Of a stretch of 35,369 bases of DNA, positions 17,306 to 23,833 are shown piece by piece. The notes below the pieces were generated by a model, which made no database searches, was not told where the DNA came from, and saw only the letters and a program-made list of their open reading frames with translations. Each line of letters opens with the position of its first letter. Positions within the stretch are counted from its first letter, which is position 1. Origin of the DNA: a virus; the IMG/VR virus record IMGVR_UViG_3300016474_000102, positions 1-35,369 of that record. The stretch is one strand, 5' to 3'. The translations under genes were made by a program, and so were the position numbers.

Positions 17306-17689
17306 TCAAGGGCGCTCACCTTCGGTCTGGTGGGGGTCCGGCAATTCCTCAATCACAACGTGCAATAGACCGCCTTTTAATGGCTCTCCTCGAATCATTT
17401 CAAGGTGGTCTACTTGGAAATCGTCATTGAACACCCCGGCATGTTCCAAAGCGTCCAGAACAGCCTTTATGCGGTTATCAATGTCGGTTTTGCGTTTATC
17501 CCGTGGGCGCAAAATCATTGTGATTCTCAATTTGCTATCCCCAAATTTAGGAATGTTCTTGTCAATAATGATGTTTTGTACGTCTTCCCTAAATGCCCTG
17601 CCAGCCTTTGATAACACGGTGCGACCTCTGAAGTTGCGCCACATCGTATTCATCGATGGCGGGAAGGGCAAATCGATAGAAGCTCGCAT
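17306..17689 (-). CDS. rusA: RusA-family Holliday junction resolvase
   Basis: PPSMNTMW...RPRDKRKTDIDNRIKAVLDALEHAGVFNDD matches the RusA pattern. ATG 17689 shares 1 nt with the upstream TGA; the track's 17692 is TTG. Confidence 0.8.
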   Translation of the reverse strand: MRASIDLPFPPSMNTMWRNFRGRTVLSKAGRAFREDVQNIIIDKNIPKFGDSKLRITMILRPRDKRKTDIDNRIKAVLDALEHAGVFNDDFQVDHLEMIRGEPLKGGLLHVVIEELPDPHQTEGERP

Positions 17690-17967
17690 CAAAAGGGTAC
17701 GTCCCCTGCCATACGCGCTTTAGGACTTATATCTTTCGGATATTGAGCGTCCTTCTGCTTGTTAGCCCAATCAGGGTCATTGATGGACAGGCTGAAGTAT
17801 TCGCCATACTCGGACTCTCTGCGCCATACGCCAAAAGTGATGATTTCACCCTTATGGCACATTTCACCTAAGAAATCAGGTTTCTTGTCGCCTTCAGTCT
17901 TTTTCCAGTTTTTCTTAATACGGCCTTTGCCCTCAATCGGGACGTAACTTGATTTCTTGGTTTCCAT
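17689..17967 (-). CDS. DUF736-like protein
   Basis: KKPDFLGEM..GEIITFGVWRRESEYGEYFSLSINDPDW parallels the remembered DUF736 pattern APDYR...EIGAAWKK.S..G..YLSVKLDDPSF. ATG 17967 preferred over TTG 18066. Confidence 0.4.
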   Translation of the reverse strand: METKKSSYVPIEGKGRIKKNWKKTEGDKKPDFLGEMCHKGEIITFGVWRRESEYGEYFSLSINDPDWANKQKDAQYPKDISPKARMAGDVPF

Positions 17968-18037
17968 TGGCTTACTTTCAGGTTGTTTAAGTTTAGGTAA
18001 GAATGCCGCAAAAGGCTGCGGCTGGCCGTGTCGGAAG

Positions 18038-18835
18038 TTACTCAATAGCGTCTTCCAAGTCTTCAAAGGTGTCTACGCCCTGTTTAGCGGCTATTAGACG
18101 CGTTCTAGTAACGGCATCCATGCGTTTGACTGTTTCAGCATTAGCAGCTTCCCAATCTCTCGATTTCTGCTTCTTCTCGTCAGGCTTCAATTTTCCGCTG
18201 TTTTGGATAGCAGAAAGCATATCGGCGTAGCGGTCAATGTAGTCTTGCCAGTCATTACAGTTAGCGTAGACAGAGCCGTCAGGCAGGAAAAGCTGATATT
18301 CCGTTACCGGTTCTTCAATAACGATTTCCGCTTCGCCCATATCCTTGACCGTCGGGCTAGGAGTCTTGAACGTTTCGACTTCTTCAGGCGTGTAAAGACC
18401 TGTGACGCATCCCGGATAGACTGTTCTAACCCCTTCTGAGATACATCTGGCGCGGAGCATAGCTCTGGCGTAATTCTTCCAGTTGTCCTTGCCCGTAAGG
18501 CCGATTTTTCTAGCCATCTCGAATGTCCAAGTGACAGTAACACTCCCGCCGCTAGGGTGAGAAAAATTACCAGATACCCTTTCATCACTGTATTCCTCCC
18601 ATTTCACTGAACCACCAGCAGCTTGAAACCGGGCAAGCATTGCGTCAGCTTTCAATGCAGGACGGCCTTGTATGACATGAAAATCACGCATAGCAATAGC
18701 AGGATGCAAGTTTTCAGCTTGGCAAAGGAGCATGATAGCCATTGCTTCATCAGGAGACTTAAATCCGAACATCTTGGACTTGGCTGCAACTTCAGCCATC
18801 TCTTTAATGTCATTCAAAGGTACAAGTGCTGTCAT
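18038..18835 (-). CDS. Single-strand annealing protein (RecT/Red-beta-like), tentative
   Basis: 265 aa, lying two small ORFs downstream of the YqaJ-type exonuclease in the same operon. Family assignment by context and overall resemblance only. Confidence 0.5.
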   Translation of the reverse strand: MTALVPLNDIKEMAEVAAKSKMFGFKSPDEAMAIMLLCQAENLHPAIAMRDFHVIQGRPALKADAMLARFQAAGGSVKWEEYSDERVSGNFSHPSGGSVTVTWTFEMARKIGLTGKDNWKNYARAMLRARCISEGVRTVYPGCVTGLYTPEEVETFKTPSPTVKDMGEAEIVIEEPVTEYQLFLPDGSVYANCNDWQDYIDRYADMLSAIQNSGKLKPDEKKQKSRDWEAANAETVKRMDAVTRTRLIAAKQGVDTFEDLEDAIE

Positions 18836-19020
18836 TATTCGTCCCTCGCTTTCAGCATAGCATCAGCATATCTGTAGCATTCCTTTGCTGATTCTTCTGC
18901 ATTTACCCAATTCATTTTTTCCATTGCCTTAGCAGCAAAGTAGTCACGCAAGGTCATGCCATCTTCCTGACGGCCTCTTTGTGGATTGTGTCCAGACGGA
19001 AAAGCGTAAATAGTCATCAT
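18835..19020 (-). CDS. Hypothetical protein (GMTLRDYFAAKAM motif)
   Basis: ATG 19020 forms an ATGA overlap with the upstream stop; the track start 19029 is TTG. Confidence 0.5.
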   Translation of the reverse strand: MMTIYAFPSGHNPQRGRQEDGMTLRDYFAAKAMEKMNWVNAEESAKECYRYADAMLKARDE

Positions 19021-19244
19021 TCCCCCCAATAAGAAGCAGGTTTAACTTCCAGAACAAACCCTTCTTCATCAGGGTCACCGCCAACACTCAGGATATGGTG
19101 TCGTTTGCCATTAATCATGACAAGTACCGGTGCATCAGGATTGACAAATTCACTTTTATCATCGGCATTCATATACTTTTCCATGCCATCCATAAAGGAA
19201 TCGCAAACGTGAGCAGCACTAAGTTTCAATAACGTAATTCCCAT
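19017..19244 (-). CDS. Hypothetical protein
   Basis: 75-aa ORF; GGGGGAT SD upstream. Confidence 0.5.
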   Translation of the reverse strand: MGITLLKLSAAHVCDSFMDGMEKYMNADDKSEFVNPDAPVLVMINGKRHHILSVGGDPDEEGFVLEVKPASYWGE

Positions 19245-19254
19245 ATATCCCCCA

Positions 19255-20157
19255 TCATTTGAGCAAGAAACGTCTAACGCCCGGAGTTTCAGTCATAAAT
19301 TTTTCATAAAGGTCTGGCATCTGTGCTTGGAATAACTTTGCATCGAACTTCTTGCTTGGTTTTGTGTTTTTCCAAGTAGCCAGTACACGGCCATCAAAGG
19401 AAGTCAGTTCAGAACACCACTGCATATGTGACTGTAATGCAGTCAATAGCTGTTCTTCCTTTTCCTCAAGGGCTTTAATCTGTTCTTTAATATATTTGAG
19501 TGCTTCAGCAGCTTTTTCGATAGGTTGAGGTGCAACAATGGAGGTACCTGAGTCTTTAGCGTATATAAGTTTTGTCTGCTCTGTGCTCTCTGGCTCAAGT
19601 GGCTGTTTAGTTTGAACTGCTGCCCAAAAACGTGCCATGTCCTTAATAAGACTTTCCTTTTGGGCTTCCGTGATGTTGAATTCAAAAGTTTCAAAGTTCT
19701 GGCCGCCAAAGAGAACCGCAAGAACAATCCGTTCGACGTTATGACACGCTGCCTCATGTATAAGTTGCGCCATGTCTGCCGGAGGAATAATGCCCGACTC
19801 TGCGTCAAACTTATTACGAACATTCGCGTTGTAGTTTTTAGCTTCAACCAATGTTTTGCCGTCCGCAGATATGAAATCGAAATGACTTTTAAGCCAAGTC
19901 TCTTTAGGGTGCGTGAGCGCATAATCAGCATCCTTTAATTCAATCTTCAGCTTATCTTGAGCAAGTCTGCCAATTACAGGCTGCATGACATGTCCCATCT
20001 GTACAGCTTCAACTTGTGACAAGTCTGGTCGCTCCTTTAGGCCTAGTTTCTCAAGAACCGCGTCATTGCCGCGTCCATTAGCTGCTTTCCTAGAGTCACC
20101 CGACCACCAAGCAGAGTTTCGGACTTCAGGTGCGAAGTCAGATTGTGCGTTAGCCAT
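19255..20157 (-). CDS. YqaJ / lambda-Exo-type PD-(D/E)xK recombination exonuclease
   Basis: 300 aa. ...SHFDFISADGKTLVEAKN... catalytic D/E.K pattern. SD cassette GAAAGGGGATAAAT. Confidence 0.75.
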   Translation of the reverse strand: MANAQSDFAPEVRNSAWWSGDSRKAANGRGNDAVLEKLGLKERPDLSQVEAVQMGHVMQPVIGRLAQDKLKIELKDADYALTHPKETWLKSHFDFISADGKTLVEAKNYNANVRNKFDAESGIIPPADMAQLIHEAACHNVERIVLAVLFGGQNFETFEFNITEAQKESLIKDMARFWAAVQTKQPLEPESTEQTKLIYAKDSGTSIVAPQPIEKAAEALKYIKEQIKALEEKEEQLLTALQSHMQWCSELTSFDGRVLATWKNTKPSKKFDAKLFQAQMPDLYEKFMTETPGVRRFLLK

Positions 20158-20159
20158 AT

Positions 20160-20354
20160 TTATCCCCTTTCAATTACTTTGATGGCTTTAATCAGTGCGT
20201 CAATGATGGTTGATTGACGGTCTATTTCTGCTTCCAGCATAGATATCTGGTCACGCATTTGTTCTTTTTCTTTATCAACCCATCCCGGAGGACTAAGTAA
20301 AGTATCTAGGCTTATGGTTTCTATGCCTTTCAGAGTATCGGTTTGGATGCTCAT
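20160..20354 (-). CDS. Small coiled-coil hypothetical protein
   Basis: 64-aa ORF; ATGA coupling with the upstream ORF. Confidence 0.5.
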   Translation of the reverse strand: MSIQTDTLKGIETISLDTLLSPPGWVDKEKEQMRDQISMLEAEIDRQSTIIDALIKAIKVIERG

Positions 20355-20596
20355 TTTGAGTTCCTTTCAAGGTTAGGAAATTGTGGTGCAGGGAAAAGGT
20401 CAGCAAGGTCATAAATGACAGCTTCCTGCGGTTCAAACAGGAGTCCTTCAGGTTTGCAGGCAGAGGAAACCAGCCGCATCATGGCTGCGTATTCTTCCTT
20501 TTGTTTGCCGGTAACTAGGTCAAGGCCGATAGATGGATGCTGGCACATCCGGCCTTTCAGGTGTTTGCAGTCAACACAGAATTTTGGTTGATTCAT
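20351..20596 (-). CDS. Small Cys-containing hypothetical protein
   Basis: 81 aa with C..C....(8)C. First gene after the 20631-20659 promoter. Confidence 0.5.
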   Translation of the reverse strand: MNQPKFCVDCKHLKGRMCQHPSIGLDLVTGKQKEEYAAMMRLVSSACKPEGLLFEPQEAVIYDLADLFPAPQFPNLERNSK

Positions 20597-20630
20597 GTTT
20601 TACCCCTTTATTTAAGTTAGGAATATATGT

Positions 20631-20659
20631 ATTAGAAAGGTTATATAGTATTAAGTCAA
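20631..20659 (-). promoter_or_regulatory. Sigma70-like promoter TTGACT-N17-TCTAAT driving 20596 -> 16158
   Basis: Minus strand: TTGACT (20659-20654), 17-nt spacer, TCTAAT (20636-20631), in an AT-rich gap about 35 nt before the ATG. Confidence 0.5.
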
Positions 20660-20671
20660 GATATTTAGTAT

Positions 20672-20888
20672 CAAAAACCCCCTATGCTTGATGGTGAGCG
20701 AAACTCAGCCATCCTCAGACGGTTGACCGAGTTCCTTTAATGCTCGACGGAGCCGCGCATACTCGCCAGCCTTTCGCTCAAGGGTGCTGGCTTCGCCGCC
20801 CTTGCCGGTGTCTCAGAGCTTCCCCACAGTACCGGCTGTCCCCTGTTCCCTGCGGTTGAGTCCCCCACGAAACAGGCGGTCTAAACGC
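20672..20888 (-). ncRNA. GC-rich ORF-free block with multiple helices; candidate structured RNA, class unknown
   Basis: CCUGUUUC/GGAACAGG (20876-20869 with 20849-20842; G-U only on the minus strand), GCCGGU/ACCGGC, GCCAGC/GCUGGC, GAUGG-C-UGAG-UUUCG-CUCA-CCAUC. Ends in GGGGGUUUUU. Confidence 0.3.
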
Positions 20889-20995
20889 AAAAAAGCCCAC
20901 AAGTTTTGGCTCTCGCGTGTGTCGGCACGTCCCCGAAGGGTAGAGAACCAAAGCTTATGGGCTTTAGTTTTTATCCATGCCGACACATAGACAAG
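20889..20995 (-). ncRNA. sRNA-like unit: long UUCG-capped hairpin plus U6 (or an elaborate intrinsic terminator)
   Basis: 12-bp and 9-bp stems whose single mismatches are G-U only on the minus strand. CCC-UUCG-GGG apex and a U6 tail. Candidate promoter TTGACA-N18-TACATT at 21028-20999. Confidence 0.4.
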
Positions 20996-21010
20996 CCGAA
21001 TGTAATCTAT

Positions 21011-21133
21011 CTAATCATCCGGTGTCAACAGTAACCAGCAAACGTAAGCAGCACCAGCAAGTAACAGTAAGCCAGCCCCCATCAAAACCCCCGCAGTAAG
21101 AATAGTAAATATGGCAACTGTCGCTGTAGTCAT
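21011..21133 (-). CDS. 40-aa hydrophobic single-pass membrane peptide
   Basis: Below the track cutoff. ATGA overlap with the Lar-like gene stop. MTTATVAIFTILTAGVLMGAGLLLLAGAAYVCWLLLTPDD. Confidence 0.4.
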   Translation of the reverse strand: MTTATVAIFTILTAGVLMGAGLLLLAGAAYVCWLLLTPDD

Positions 21134-21708
21134 GAGTTCTCTTTCTTCAGCTTGGCTTCCGCAAATTTCATTGCAAAAATCTGCTGCGTTGTTAGCCCGA
21201 TAAAATCATCATCCGTCAGACCTTGCCACTCCCTACGGTCGTGCGCCGTACCGGCACATTCGCGCTGTGGTGGGGCGGAACCCTTATGCTTTAACGGTTC
21301 AAATGTTGAGTTAATTACTTTGGCAAGCCTGTCAACAAACGCAGCAACATCGCCATCAGCAATGAAGTAACCGCCGTTTATTTCGTGATGGTCTGCAACA
21401 ATATTGAAAATTGCCCGTGTCATAAACGTAAGTGTGTTGCCAACCGGCTCCTGCTCAGGCTGCTCTGGCTGCGCTAGTGCTGCGCGGGTGTTCCACTCGG
21501 CAATCGCATCTGCGGCGGCTTGCTTAATCCATAAGTCAGTTGTTCCTTGACCAACTGTTTGTCTGCGAACTTCTGAACCTTGCGCACCGCAGGTCATGCA
21601 CTCCGCAACATGCCATCGGAAACTAGAACCTTCGTGAGTCGATATGTCCTTACCCCCACAAAACGGGCAAGGTAGCGCCATCTGCGCCGCTTCTCGTAGG
21701 TCAGTCAT
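21130..21708 (-). CDS. Lar-family restriction-alleviation domain fused to a C-terminal domain of unknown function
   Basis: N-terminus CPFCGG...ECMTCGAQG...AIAEWNTRA matches the Lar zinc-ribbon pattern. About 110 additional residues follow. Confidence 0.6.
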   Translation of the reverse strand: MTDLREAAQMALPCPFCGGKDISTHEGSSFRWHVAECMTCGAQGSEVRRQTVGQGTTDLWIKQAAADAIAEWNTRAALAQPEQPEQEPVGNTLTFMTRAIFNIVADHHEINGGYFIADGDVAAFVDRLAKVINSTFEPLKHKGSAPPQRECAGTAHDRREWQGLTDDDFIGLTTQQIFAMKFAEAKLKKENS

Positions 21709-21959
21709 GTCTCCCCCTTTTTAGCTGCTTCCTCAGCCCGAATCTCAGCTAATGGCCGCCAACCGAACCGTCGCCATGTGCGCGTGACATCGGTTTGCGT
21801 ACTAGGAACCCATTCACGGCCGTCCAGAAGCGATTCAGATGGTTTTACATAGGCCCCGGACACTTCGATATGGGACAGCCTTTCCGGCGGCTGAAAAGGC
21901 CGGAAATTCAAATCACGGGTTTCCTGCTCGCGGATAATCGATTGTTTAAGTTTTCCCAT
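21705..21959 (-). CDS. Hypothetical protein
   Basis: 84 aa; GGGAGGA SD; ATGA coupling downstream. Confidence 0.5.
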   Translation of the reverse strand: MGKLKQSIIREQETRDLNFRPFQPPERLSHIEVSGAYVKPSESLLDGREWVPSTQTDVTRTWRRFGWRPLAEIRAEEAAKKGET

Positions 21960-22164
21960 TTTCTTCCTCCCTTATTTGGTCAAGCAATGCGCGTAAGCGG
22001 CCTTCAAAATCGCTAGATTTAACAGGCCAGATAAGTTGCTTTTGGTCAATGGTCAAATCTTTGCCGTACATTGATGCCTTAACGAGCGCGGGGGTCATCG
22101 CCGTATATTGCTTAGGATTCGGCTGGTCAGGGCAAATCGTGATTTTGTAAGGTAATTCAGCCAT
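21946..22164 (-). CDS. Hypothetical protein
   Basis: ATG 22164 (TAATG coupling, GGGGAGGA SD) preferred over the track start 22194, which lacks an SD. Confidence 0.5.
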   Translation of the reverse strand: MAELPYKITICPDQPNPKQYTAMTPALVKASMYGKDLTIDQKQLIWPVKSSDFEGRLRALLDQIREEENGKT

Positions 22165-22376
22165 TATTTGTTTCCTCCCCATGCGCGTAGCCATAATGCT
22201 TCATTGATAATACTGGCACCAAGCGCGAGTAGCTCAATGCCAGAATAGGTATCGAAATGTATGTGCCCATAACCGGGACTTACAAACTTGTTTTTATCTT
22301 GATAATGCGGCAAATACACAATGCCATTGAATTTCAGGCATTGCTGCGGTAATAGTTCTGCCCTTGAATTGTCCAT
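22164..22376 (-). CDS. Hypothetical protein
   Basis: 70-aa ORF; AGGGGGGTATAT SD-like element upstream. Confidence 0.5.
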   Translation of the reverse strand: MDNSRAELLPQQCLKFNGIVYLPHYQDKNKFVSPGYGHIHFDTYSGIELLALGASIINEALWLRAWGGNK

Positions 22377-22426
22377 TGAATATATACCCCCCTAGAATCG
22401 ATTAAAACGGCCTACAAGGCGATTAA

Positions 22427-22456
22427 ATAGGGTTGCCAATACCAAGACAACCCTAT
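22427..22456 (-). other. 9-bp stem-loop in an intergenic gap
   Basis: ATAGGGTTG-12 nt-CAACCCTAT between ORFs 22471-22611 and 22164-22376; no strong U-tract. Confidence 0.3.
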
Positions 22457-22470
22457 GAGTGGAAAACGGC

Positions 22471-22611
22471 TCAGAATCCCTTTTTTCTGAGTGCTAGATA
22501 ATGGAGCTTGATGACTGTTTTGCTCATGAACGGATTAGGGTTTTGTGCTGACTTCAAAATCCAATCGGATGATTGATTCATTAAAGCAACAAATATTTGT
22601 CTCTTTTTCAT
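22471..22611 (-). CDS. 46-aa hypothetical protein
   Basis: Below the track cutoff. Preceded by TTAACTTTAGGGGATAACC (exact epsilon-like TTAACTTTA plus the G-rich SD). Confidence 0.45.
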   Translation of the reverse strand: MKKRQIFVALMNQSSDWILKSAQNPNPFMSKTVIKLHYLALRKKGF

Positions 22612-22626
22612 GGTTATCCCCTAAAG

Positions 22627-22710
22627 TTAAAAGGAAAGCAAAAAGTAAAGAAATGCCCAAAGGATGATGAAGCCAGCTATACCGCCAATGAATTCGAGTA
22701 TGGTTTGCAT
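22627..22710 (-). CDS. 27-aa hydrophobic micro-ORF
   Basis: ATG shares 1 nt with the upstream TGA. MQTILEFIGGIAGFIILWAFLYFLLSF. Confidence 0.3.
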   Translation of the reverse strand: MQTILEFIGGIAGFIILWAFLYFLLSF

Positions 22711-22982
22711 CATGCCTCCGAATAATCTGCTAACAGATTGTTGGCTATTTCATACCAGTTAACGTCATTCAGGAAAGCAAGGGCATAGTCACGGCAAAGG
22801 TTTTGTTCTGAAACCGGTTCAGTGATTATGTTTTCTGCAAATTCCTGCAAGTCTTTGGCAAGTTCAATCGGTTCAGGCGTTTTGCCGCCGGTGAAATAGG
22901 AAACGTCGAAACCGTCAAATATCTCAAGATTGACGCGCCATGTAGCGTAGTTAGTCCAGCCGTTATAGGTAGTGTTTGACAT
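22710..22982 (-). CDS. Acidic hypothetical protein (NGWTNYATWRVNL motif)
   Basis: 90-aa ORF; upstream TTCCTAACTTTCAAAGG cassette. Confidence 0.55.
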   Translation of the reverse strand: MSNTTYNGWTNYATWRVNLEIFDGFDVSYFTGGKTPEPIELAKDLQEFAENIITEPVSEQNLCRDYALAFLNDVNWYEIANNLLADYSEA

Positions 22983-22994
22983 GGTAATACCTTT

Positions 22995-23024
22995 GAAAGT
23001 TAGGAAAGCCGGATACGCTCCGGC
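22995..23024 (-). terminator. Intrinsic-terminator-like hairpin / attenuator between early genes
   Basis: Minus strand GCCGGA-GCGUA-UCCGGC followed by UUUCCUAACUUUC. Confidence 0.35.
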
Positions 23025-23035
23025 AAGCGGTTTGA

Positions 23036-23323
23036 TTAAGCGGCAATAAAGTTAGCGCAACGGTCACGGCGGCGAGAATCAAAGCCTTGCGGCTTGCGCT
23101 GCCCCTTCCAAAGCAGTACGTCAATGCTGAAGCCTTTGCCGCTTTCAAATTGGCGGCTTTCAATCAATTCAGCGTGAATTGCCTTCATGCGGTTAATCGC
23201 AGCGTCAAGCGTTCCTTCAAAGTCCTCGCGGTGAACCGTTGACATAGGATAAGTAGTGACAAAGCCTTCCATTGCACCACGCTCCGAAGGACTTGCATGA
23301 ATGGTGAATTTGTACTGTTTCAT
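23036..23323 (-). CDS. First leftward early protein, hypothetical
   Basis: 95-aa ORF; upstream TTTTCCTAAACTAAACAGGGGTAAACA cassette. Confidence 0.55.
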   Translation of the reverse strand: MKQYKFTIHASPSERGAMEGFVTTYPMSTVHREDFEGTLDAAINRMKAIHAELIESRQFESGKGFSIDVLLWKGQRKPQGFDSRRRDRCANFIAA

Positions 23324-23376
23324 TGTTTACCCCTGTTTAGTTTAGGAAAAATACAGAGTTATTTATCTCTGTGTAG

Positions 23377-23512
23377 ATAGAGTATAGAGCATAGAATGAT
23401 TATTGGAAGTGTTAAGTCTAATTGTATTTTTTAATTAAATACAATCTATTCATAGTCTACTTATTTATAAATAAGTATAATAAGTAATGTGTATACTTAT
23501 TTATATAATAAG
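23377..23512. promoter_or_regulatory. Operator/origin-like repeat cluster in the divergent control region
   Basis: 3 tandem heptamers ATAGAG(T/C)/ATAGAAT (23377-23397). 9-bp inverted repeat ATTGTATTT...AAATACAAT (23421-23445). Perfect 18-bp palindrome ACTTATTTATAAATAAGT (23459-23476). Related half-site ACTTATTTATA at 23495. Confidence 0.55.
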
Positions 23513-23833
23513 ACACTACCCACTTGTCACTTGGGAAACATTGGTGACTGTTAACTCTCTGCCCTCGGACGATTTAACAATTTACATATGGGCAACAGTC
23601 ATGACATGCAAAACCATCCCTCACTTCCCCTTCGATGAGCACCAGCTGGCATAGCCTGGTCAATCTGGGCATGGCCTGAGCATTACAATTGTTGCATCAT
23701 GTCAGGCTGGCAACTGCATTGGACTTGAGGGGCTGTGGGTGCGCGCCCCATTCCGATTCCCCCCATATTTTTTTTTAGGGTTGCTACATTGTTTTTTTCC
23801 TGTGAAATAGTATATTTATTCTCCAAGGAGGGA

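Noticed and set aside
20700-20730. Hammerhead-like CUGAGGA...stem...CAAGC on the minus strand (and CGAAAC on the plus strand)
   Set aside because: The core does not match CUGANGA...GAAA with correct helix placement, and no cleavage-site context is present.
20970-20978. DnaA-box-like TTATCCATG
   Set aside because: It is a single 7/9 match with no cluster of boxes or adjacent AT-rich unwinding element. It sits just upstream of the 5' arm of the long RNA hairpin.
20784-20990. 68-aa GTG-start plus-strand ORF in the ORF-free block
   Set aside because: The product is Pro/Arg/Ser-rich and low-complexity. It would be the lone plus-strand gene inside a minus-strand arm. The G-U pattern of the helices favours a minus-strand RNA instead.
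23666-23682. Sigma54-type promoter (GG-N10-GC: GGGCATGGCCTGAGCA)
   Set aside because: Only the GG/GC dinucleotides and their spacing fit. The -12 element (GAGCA versus TTGCA) and the -24 flank are poor, and no enhancer-binding protein is encoded.
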